Of a DNA stretch of 28,344 nt, positions 10,101 to 16,094 are shown in pieces. This DNA is from a virus (Duplodnaviria > Caudoviricetes): positions 1-28,344 of IMG/VR virus record IMGVR_UViG_3300032053_000395; one strand, written 5' to 3'. The notes under the pieces were generated by a model. It saw nothing but the letters and a program-made list of their open reading frames with translations, made no database searches and was not told the origin of the DNA. Both the position numbers and the translations under genes were made by a program. The first letter of the stretch is position 1. Each line of letters begins with the position of its first letter.

Positions 10101-12047
10101 TATGCTTGGGTGATCTACAATAACTTTAAATGACACTTGACCACTTCTAGATGTGTTATTATATGTATAAATTGGTTCGGGTCTACCTAAAAAGAAATTT
10201 TCTTCCCATTTTGCGTTATTTTGCTCCGTAACCTTTAAGTCATAAGGAGGAAACCACATAACCCTTCCGCCATTTGGACCTTTTTCACAACACGGCAAAT
10301 CCGCGTATGTAAATCCTGGCGTATTTGATGTTTTCCACGCAAGATTTTCTATTGAGAACATATATTTCTTAGCAAAAAACCCTCCTTCTCTTTGTGCCAT
10401 ATTAGACGAGCTGGCATCAAATTCACCCTTTGCGTTTGAATTAGGATATATATTTAAATTCCATGAGTTTGTTAAAACGCTACTTTCAAATTTCCTATAA
10501 TTACCGGATTTCTTCATGGTATCTGAGTAATTCATATAGGAAATGTCTTTTGTCCATACTCTACAATATTCAACGCCTCTTTCTTGTCCGCTATACTGAT
10601 CAATATATTTTATAGCAGAACCCCTTGACATTGATGTGTCGCCCTCCCTAAAAATTCTACTTGTCTGATCAATAACATTAGCAACATGAGAACGAGCGGC
10701 TCCACCATCAGCCGGCATTGTTTCAAGTATTTCTTGTGTTAATCCTAAAATTGATCCATCTTTAAAATTGTATTTTGTTGATACTGAATCATCATATTGA
10801 GAAATACCATGCGTTCTTTTATACGATTCGGTTGATTCCCCTTCATTTGTTAATACCCCAACATATGTTTTTGTTTTGTCTAATAGATTTTTTGATTTCG
10901 TACTAATCCATGTTAATTTACCTGCAGATCCTCCTCCATCAACAATGTTCTTTGTTCTTTGAAATAGTGTTGCTTGTATAGGATCAAACATCAAAGAAAG
11001 ATAATAACTACTTTTTACTGGCCTATCATCAATATTCATTGCGTTTTTAACATCATTTCCTCTATCGTCACCAATATATGCAATACCCGCTGGCGCTTCG
11101 ACGCCTAAGAAATTTTTTACTGACTGTGCTGTTTTATCAACAAAATTAAATATTTTTGATGTGTTTTGTGATCTTGCTGTCGTGGTATAGTTGGGGGCAT
11201 ATTTTGAATACGAAAGATTATCAAATAAGGTTGCTTTTTGTCTTTGACCCATATATTCAATAAACAAATCGGAAGGTTTTCTTGTAATTGTCGGTCTTCT
11301 TCCAATTCCAAATAAGGATCCTACCGCTCCTGTTGCATCTTGAGAAGCACTTCCTCCTTCGGTTTGCGCTTCAGGTCTAATATTTCCGCTGCCAACCGGA
11401 TTGCGCGGGTTTGATAAATAGTCTCCAGGAATCTCTGCCCACGGAAATTCAACGCCGGCAACAGTTTGCATAAAATCAATACCTTTTCCCACTAATGTAC
11501 TAGCAACCGTAATTCGTGGATTACTTTCGATTAGGGGTTCTCTACCTGTTAATATGTTTATTGCTGTTGTTGTATTACCTTCTAACGCATCAAGAATTCT
11601 AAGTCTACCATATGTTGTTGCATATAAATTTTGTTGCAATCTTGAATAAACCGGGCCGTATTCAGATTCCCTTATATACCATGAAGCAAATTTCATTAAT
11701 TCCGATTCGTCCTCATAACTACTGGTATTCATTATACCAATTAAATTATGCGTTTGTGATACAAAATATGGATATAGAGCTAGATTTGCCCTTCTTGCGA
11801 ATGTATTAAGATTTTCATTTATAAAGTATTCAATTGGTTTAAATGTATTTATGGTTTGTGATCTTAATAATTCGGGCGAGCGTGTATCTTCAACGTCTCC
11901 AGGATCTACATTAGCGAATGTGTTTAAATTACTAACACTATAATTACTTTCATTAAATGTTTGAGGGCCGTTTGGGGCCTTTAAAGTTTTAGATAAAACA
12001 AAATCCCTGAAACGTTTACTAGCATTAAAATCTACATAGCTTGGCAT
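7101..12047 (-). CDS. Giant baseplate/tail-tube initiator protein with an inserted OmpA-like domain
   Basis: 1648 aa directly after the tape measure gene. It has two tube-initiator-like segments (WFPPYDLKVTEQNNAKWE...GRPEPIYTYNNTSRSGQVSF; GPPPICVMRIGDFYHSKVVIRDVNITF...PMIADVTLQISFIGG) flanking an OmpA-like motif (SASAP...SNLELAYRRSSDV). Confidence 0.55.
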   Translation of the reverse strand: MPSYVDFNASKRFRDFVLSKTLKAPNGPQTFNESNYSVSNLNTFANVDPGDVEDTRSPELLRSQTINTFKPIEYFINENLNTFARRANLALYPYFVSQTHNLIGIMNTSSYEDESELMKFASWYIRESEYGPVYSRLQQNLYATTYGRLRILDALEGNTTTAINILTGREPLIESNPRITVASTLVGKGIDFMQTVAGVEFPWAEIPGDYLSNPRNPVGSGNIRPEAQTEGGSASQDATGAVGSLFGIGRRPTITRKPSDLFIEYMGQRQKATLFDNLSYSKYAPNYTTTARSQNTSKIFNFVDKTAQSVKNFLGVEAPAGIAYIGDDRGNDVKNAMNIDDRPVKSSYYLSLMFDPIQATLFQRTKNIVDGGGSAGKLTWISTKSKNLLDKTKTYVGVLTNEGESTESYKRTHGISQYDDSVSTKYNFKDGSILGLTQEILETMPADGGAARSHVANVIDQTSRIFREGDTSMSRGSAIKYIDQYSGQERGVEYCRVWTKDISYMNYSDTMKKSGNYRKFESSVLTNSWNLNIYPNSNAKGEFDASSSNMAQREGGFFAKKYMFSIENLAWKTSNTPGFTYADLPCCEKGPNGGRVMWFPPYDLKVTEQNNAKWEENFFLGRPEPIYTYNNTSRSGQVSFKVIVDHPSILNLLVKKHFEGMSDAEADNYINAFFAGCQDVDFYGLVRKYTTLTPDEVKALLAYLNQSKSPQVVTRNKTIFIDPVSDTPVPKNTPSLPEFTVDCFFENDKPSVTVQQWSYSPKWITSLTAGERVISGLSGPLYSNIYYTSHYYEYLGKKDSIIEMLQKGIKDLKASTVWGNNQIHDYYLLSGQITEVNNKPSDTAFEDISACSVDTLNNEFNHMVKNFDDYVTNMTEIKSLLESDKIKQIGVRVSSSASAPDDQHSNLELAYRRSSDVLNDIIFRLCKDPDMAWNVLESIPWTYKNTSKSDARMVEPQMEIALKDLGYTTDGVLRIFETINEGETRTVLSDITSLVNIDCADGSNFLTSEELKKSAPTTFLCRNANCKIVYELKDPDDQTEKAEDADAAAQATAAQRQSVEVLDSPTGVKLAPPIDEIKKMIMKTLSECYYFKKLEEDSPLQFSSLKEKLKYFHPAFHSMTPEGLNARLTFLNQCVRPGDTLPIKGISDDRDLNARNTTFGPPPICVMRIGDFYHSKVVIRDVNITFDENIWDLNPEGIGVQPMIADVTLQISFIGGHGLERPVERLQNALSSNFYANTEMYDPRSTATEDRKEFYTKEFLDDLNQRLSSIGTNSNDLLSSTDNVIDGPYIGKPAISGYQTMGFGAGAVTTPVFGILDYTSVIDEVFSNTNQYISTFMSSYNNVLKTYDTKLGSLILHPEYRTIKDYNVQIGASTTTIELLGNYPTRKELETFALNFRNIISGKIQTENITTLIGIGSDMTAPIITRSEEILKPYVLETVVGMINDLPKNISYLKAAESARNKLIAVLDKLNFLIEYGYDGKIEKTVYTRANISEFTGSVFYQNYSNAISFIQANQSKFTEDLDTTYNFYGSTMTSDDLYYFLSILLRDKKQEILNLYQRDPFNSNIQKNIKKRLNKFFEPAPENKDFKITKYPTRKDSNTIEFGSSDPAESIITDPTVIQNLTNVHRTSGNKTTSVLNYYRLATGTGG

Positions 12048-12090
12048 CTTATACTTTTAATAATAAATACCAACTATCTGAAAATTCATA

Positions 12091-14055
12091 TTAATTTGGA
12101 TTTATAAAACTATCTTTTAAATTAGCCTGCCATCTTGGATCTCCCCAAAATATTTGTGCAATTCGATCCATCGATGCTGACGTTGGAACAATATTTATAT
12201 CAATAATTTTTCTTTCAACGGTAGAAGACGGCGTTACGGGATTTTCTGAACGGCCCAATTTTTCCGCTGCAACAACATTCATTGAATTTGCTCCTGTATT
12301 TACTTCTCCTCTTTGTTTTTCTTCCTTACTTTCATTCGTCTTATTAAGATTATCAACCCAATTTGACGCCATTTCACCGATATTTACAAGTCCATCCCAT
12401 TGTTTAATTGATTCTTCTGCATATTTATCAAATCCTTCAATTTGTTTCATTCCTATGCCTGAAAGACCCTCAGATAATTTTTTAACAAGATCACCATCTA
12501 TTCCTAGGGCTTTCTCTACTATATCCGCTGCATTGTGACCAATCGTAACTCTCATATATCCTCTCAACGCAGACATGTCTCTTTGAATATTTTCGAGAGC
12601 CATAACTTGCTGTCTTGGTATGTCTTTTGGATCCATTTTTGTGAGAAGCTCTTGTTGATCTATAATTATCTCTTTTTGTTCTTGTGTCATACTATCTAGA
12701 GCTAACGAAGTTTGGTCGTTATTCATTTTTAAATCATCTCGTAATGTCTTTGGAATGTCAATAATCATTTTACCACCTTCCATTCGAGCTAAGTTAGTTA
12801 AAAATTCTATCTCTTTTTCTGGTATATTAAAACTTAACCCCGATAAATCATAAGCCGCCTCAGTTCTCTCCGCCTGAGCAATGGCAGTATCACTTAACTC
12901 TTCCAAACTCATACCAAGTTCATCGGCCATTGCTTTTGCCTGTCTAAGTTGAACTCCCGTTACCTGAAATCTGCCTTGTTCTTCATTATATGTTACTAAC
13001 GATCTCGTTGCTCCAATTATCGCGTCCTGTAATCCCTCAACATTATTTGTTGCCATATACATTAATTTAATTGGATCATTTAAATCTCCAAATGCTCCAC
13101 CAATAACCTGTAAATTTGCAACAATATCAAGTGCTTTATCTGGACTCCAGACATTTTCGGCCAACGTGAACACATTTTGCATATTCATTCTGAATTCTAC
13201 CGATTTTTGAGCCATTCTAGCTAAACCATCTACCCCATCTTTAAAACCATATTGATTGATCTTTTTTAGATTTTCGGCAACCATGGCTACTGTTGTTTTT
13301 CCGTTTAACCCAAGAGCTAGAGATCTCATTGCCATTTTTTCAATTAAAGTAGACATATCACGAACGCCTAATCCAATTCTTTCGAAATCTTTTCCCATAT
13401 TGACAAAAGCTCCCATACTTTCAGTAAATTTACTTGCTAAAGCCATGTCTTTCATTGTGTCTTCGTTAAGTAATTTAAATTTTCCTGAGTTTGCAACTAA
13501 ATTTCCAACAGATTCCGAAAATTCTTCAAATCCTATACCTAATTTTGTTATCCAGGGGGAAGCTTCCATAATTTCACCTCTAAACGCTTCAGCAAGTTCC
13601 CCTGTCATCATAGCTTTTTCATTAATCTCTCGATAAAGCTTGTTAGTTTGTGATAGATATAAAAGAACCTCGCCTTGAAGAATACTTCCTATTTTTTTTA
13701 AACCCGCGCCCCATCTTCCTGAAAATATATCAACAAGACCTCCAATAATTTTTTCTCCGCCTTCTATCGTTCCAAATTCAGGCAAATTCATTGTTGTAGG
13801 AGCATACTGAGTGGCCATTGCTCGATTGATAAATCCTCCTGTTCCTACTCCTGTTGGTTTAAGTATATTTTGACTAGCGACATCCGCCTTTTCTTGATTT
13901 GTTAACGCGTTAAAGGCTATCCGAGCATTTGTTGTTTCTGCCTCATATAACAGAGAATCATGCGGATCTATTTTGTTCGTCCACTCAGAAAGAAAATTTG
14001 GCCAATTCTGTTTCCCACCTTTTGCAATATCTATTAATTTAGAAGTAATTCCCAT
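12091..14055 (-). CDS. Tail tape measure protein
   Basis: 654 aa, Ala/Met/Gly-rich and predominantly helical in pattern (e.g. LRQAKAMADELGMSLEELSDTA). Canonical position after the tube and chaperone genes. Confidence 0.7.
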   Translation of the reverse strand: MGITSKLIDIAKGGKQNWPNFLSEWTNKIDPHDSLLYEAETTNARIAFNALTNQEKADVASQNILKPTGVGTGGFINRAMATQYAPTTMNLPEFGTIEGGEKIIGGLVDIFSGRWGAGLKKIGSILQGEVLLYLSQTNKLYREINEKAMMTGELAEAFRGEIMEASPWITKLGIGFEEFSESVGNLVANSGKFKLLNEDTMKDMALASKFTESMGAFVNMGKDFERIGLGVRDMSTLIEKMAMRSLALGLNGKTTVAMVAENLKKINQYGFKDGVDGLARMAQKSVEFRMNMQNVFTLAENVWSPDKALDIVANLQVIGGAFGDLNDPIKLMYMATNNVEGLQDAIIGATRSLVTYNEEQGRFQVTGVQLRQAKAMADELGMSLEELSDTAIAQAERTEAAYDLSGLSFNIPEKEIEFLTNLARMEGGKMIIDIPKTLRDDLKMNNDQTSLALDSMTQEQKEIIIDQQELLTKMDPKDIPRQQVMALENIQRDMSALRGYMRVTIGHNAADIVEKALGIDGDLVKKLSEGLSGIGMKQIEGFDKYAEESIKQWDGLVNIGEMASNWVDNLNKTNESKEEKQRGEVNTGANSMNVVAAEKLGRSENPVTPSSTVERKIIDINIVPTSASMDRIAQIFWGDPRWQANLKDSFINPN

Positions 14056-14069
14056 ATAATATAAATAGA

Positions 14070-14222
14070 TTATTTCTTATTTTCCTGTTCGATGATATAA
14101 TTAAAATAATATCTTCTTACAAAAATTGGCATAACAAGAATATCTCCGTAAGAAAATCCTCGTTTAACTAACATAAAAATTTCTTTTAATTGACTTTCTC
14201 TATATTCCGTAGAAAGGACGAA
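14070..14222 (-). CDS. Tail assembly chaperone extension (gp51/gpT-like), probably reached by frameshift from the upstream gene; not in the ORF track
   Basis: Open +1 frame FVLSTEYRESQLKEIFMLVKRGFSYGDILVMPIFVRRYYFNYIIEQENKK* overlaps the end of 14200..14952 and fills the gap to the tape measure gene. The GFSYGDILVMP..VRRYY pattern resembles T4 gp51/GT-type chaperone C-termini. The only ATG starts (14174 and later) give 34 aa or less. Confidence 0.7.
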   Translation of the reverse strand, partial: FVLSTEYRESQLKEIFMLVKRGFSYGDILVMPIFVRRYYFNYIIEQENKK

Positions 14223-14952
14223 AAAATTCCACCCCAAACCCAATCTCAGCTTGGATCTCTTCTCCTGATGGGGTAGTTACTTTTTGAGTTAAATCAACTC
14301 CTGGTTTATTTTCAATTGCATATTTTCTGAATTCTTGAGAATCAACAATAGGCATTTTATTTTCAATAAAACTATGTATCTGCATAATATCTCTGTTTCC
14401 TCCAAGAGATTTAATCATCATTTCGATCCTTTTTGTTACAATGGGGGCCGCTCCAATACCATTCCAGCTTTCTTCTATCTTTTTAAGTTCCGTTTCTTGT
14501 TTTTGTGTTAAATATTTAAACGTAATATCAATTCCACACTTTTTGAGATAATATGGGTATTCACCATTTATGTCGGCAACCAACGAAAAATCTTTTATTT
14601 TAAGACAAGATAAATCTATTGTCGTTTCAAATTTTTCTCTGGTTTTCGGATCTGTTAATGTTATTTTATATTCGGAGCCAAAAGATGTGTTTCTTAAAAA
14701 AATTAATATTGCCTGTTTGTCTTCTTCCACAATATCCTCAGCCATCAGATCTTTATCTAATACTTTTCTTCTTAGTAATTCCATAACAACGCCACCAGTT
14801 GATGCTAGATTTGGTGATGCCAAAACATTTTCGTCTGCGGCGGTCAAATATGCCACTCGAACTGTTTTTTTATTGTTTTGATACATAATCCCTTTACTTG
14901 GTAATTCAACAACGTCATACGCTATTGAAGGGTCAATTTTAAATTCTTCCAT
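14200..14952 (-). CDS. Baseplate hub / tape measure assembly chaperone (T4 gp26-like)
   Basis: 250 aa. YDVVELPSKG..Y...VRVAYLTAADENVL, DKQAILIFLRNTSFG and the terminal GVEFFRP are typical of gp26-like proteins. Lies between tube and tape measure genes. Confidence 0.7.
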   Translation of the reverse strand: MEEFKIDPSIAYDVVELPSKGIMYQNNKKTVRVAYLTAADENVLASPNLASTGGVVMELLRRKVLDKDLMAEDIVEEDKQAILIFLRNTSFGSEYKITLTDPKTREKFETTIDLSCLKIKDFSLVADINGEYPYYLKKCGIDITFKYLTQKQETELKKIEESWNGIGAAPIVTKRIEMMIKSLGGNRDIMQIHSFIENKMPIVDSQEFRKYAIENKPGVDLTQKVTTPSGEEIQAEIGFGVEFFRPFYGI

Positions 14953-15127
14953 GTCTTTTTATTTTATTATAATAAAACCATATTTTTTCTTTAAAACCTA
15001 AATTAATATTTAAATTTTTAGAATAGTTAATAATCTTATTATATAAATCAGGATGATTATTGTTTAACCATTTTTCTTGCGTCTTATATCCAGATCTATT
15101 TGCGGTTGTAAAAAAAGAAAAATCCAT
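14939..15127 (-). pseudogene. 62-aa ORF, possible N-terminal remnant of a free-standing homing endonuclease-type gene
   Basis: Has its own strong promoter, interrupts the tube-chaperone junction and runs 14 nt into the next gene. The sequence recalls N-termini of large-phage endonuclease genes, but that is from memory only. Confidence 0.4.
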
Positions 15128-15144
15128 ATACCTATTTTGTCATA

Positions 15145-15173
15145 AATATACGGATTTTATTTCAGGATGTCAA
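15145..15173 (-). promoter_or_regulatory. Sigma70-like promoter
   Basis: Minus strand TTGACA-N17-TATATT. The -10 overlaps a TATTTAT element. Lies upstream of 14939..15127. Confidence 0.7.
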
Positions 15174-15227
15174 GGATATGTAAAAATATTTTTATATTTA
15201 TTACATAATATATTGATTATCAGTATT

Positions 15228-15716
15228 TTAATACACTTGTATACAACGATCCATACGTAAAGTTGCATCAATAGTTGCTAAATCGTCTCTTCCATAGTCC
15301 AAATCTCCAAAATTGAGAGTTGATAAGAAAGTACCTTGAAGAATCCATTTTTCAACTACAACACCTGTTGGGTCTAACATTTCTAATTCAACGTCTTTCT
15401 TGTACCCAGCAGCGTACCCCATTCTACCTGTAACGCTTTCCGCATGTAGACGGAACCATTCCATTAGTGCTTGTGACGCAGACGGACCTATTGGGTCTTT
15501 AAATTGGACTTTTAATTCTTCCCATGTAAATCTTCCAGCAACATATGTTGATGTATTTAGGAATTGAATTTCCACAGGATTAATTTTTGCACTTGGTCTT
15601 GTTGCTGAGAATACATACCATTCATTGATTCCCAAACTTGATGGAAATCTTAAAATAAATCTATTTTTTCTTTTTGGCTCGTAAGGTACGGGCATCTTCA
15701 TCAAAAGGTCGGCCAT
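15228..15716 (-). CDS. Tail tube protein (T4 gp19 family)
   Basis: 162 aa. EPKRKNRF, YVAGRFTWEEL, GYKKDVELEMLDPTG.VVEKW.L.GTF...LNFGDLDY...ATI...LRMD is a gp19-type tube signature. Directly downstream of the sheath gene. Confidence 0.9.
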   Translation of the reverse strand: MADLLMKMPVPYEPKRKNRFILRFPSSLGINEWYVFSATRPSAKINPVEIQFLNTSTYVAGRFTWEELKVQFKDPIGPSASQALMEWFRLHAESVTGRMGYAAGYKKDVELEMLDPTGVVVEKWILQGTFLSTLNFGDLDYGRDDLATIDATLRMDRCIQVY

Positions 15717-15846
15717 TTTTCTTTGTTTTTAAATGTTTATTAATTATATTTGTTATTTATAAATATATCATTATGGAAAAAAATAATATAAAACAAAAAA
15801 TTACATGGTATATATCAAATTATTTTTAATTATTTTATAGAATAAC

Positions 15847-15875
15847 TTGATTTTGTCAAAAATTTTTCGTATTTT
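15847..15875 (+). promoter_or_regulatory. Sigma70-like promoter with no downstream ORF, overlapping a divergent promoter
   Basis: Plus strand TTGATT-N17-TATTTT. The minus strand carries TTGACA (15859-15854)-N16-TAAAAT. Confidence 0.4.
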
Positions 15876-15877
15876 TC

Positions 15878-16031
15878 GGTCCAACACCAAGGACCAATAC
15901 CGGGGACCAATACAAGAATCTAGAAGAATATTTATATTAATTGGTCCAGATTATAAAAAGATCATATATAATTGATCCAGAAATATAATAATTAGAAAAA
16001 AAATTGCAAAATTATACTAGTATGATCCTGG
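15878..16031. repeat. Cluster of short direct repeats and palindromes in the sheath-tube intergenic region
   Basis: GGACCAATAC at 15891 and 15904; TAATTGGTCCAGA at 15938 vs TAATTGATCCAGA at 15969; GGTCC at 15878; palindrome ATACTAGTAT at 16014-16023. Confidence 0.65.
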
Positions 16032-16043
16032 GTGAAATTTTTC

Positions 16044-16079
16044 AAAAATAAAAAAGAGTAGTTTCCTACTCTTTATTTT
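16044..16079 (-). terminator. Rho-independent terminator after the tail sheath gene (possibly bidirectional)
   Basis: AAAGAGTAG-TTTC-CTACTCTTT perfect stem (16053-16074), followed by a T-rich tract on the minus strand, 20 nt after the sheath stop. Confidence 0.7.
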
Positions 16080-16094
16080 AAATCTATATTGAGA

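Noticed and set aside
14200-14202. Stop-codon reassignment (TAG read as Gln) as in some large phages
   Set aside because: Very long ORFs are intact in the standard code, TAG ends genes at sensible positions, and read-through here would add only a short non-informative tail.
15717-16094. tRNA or known structured RNA in the large intergenic gap
   Set aside because: No cloverleaf, T-loop motif or recognisable riboswitch seen by eye; an Infernal search would be needed to exclude it fully.
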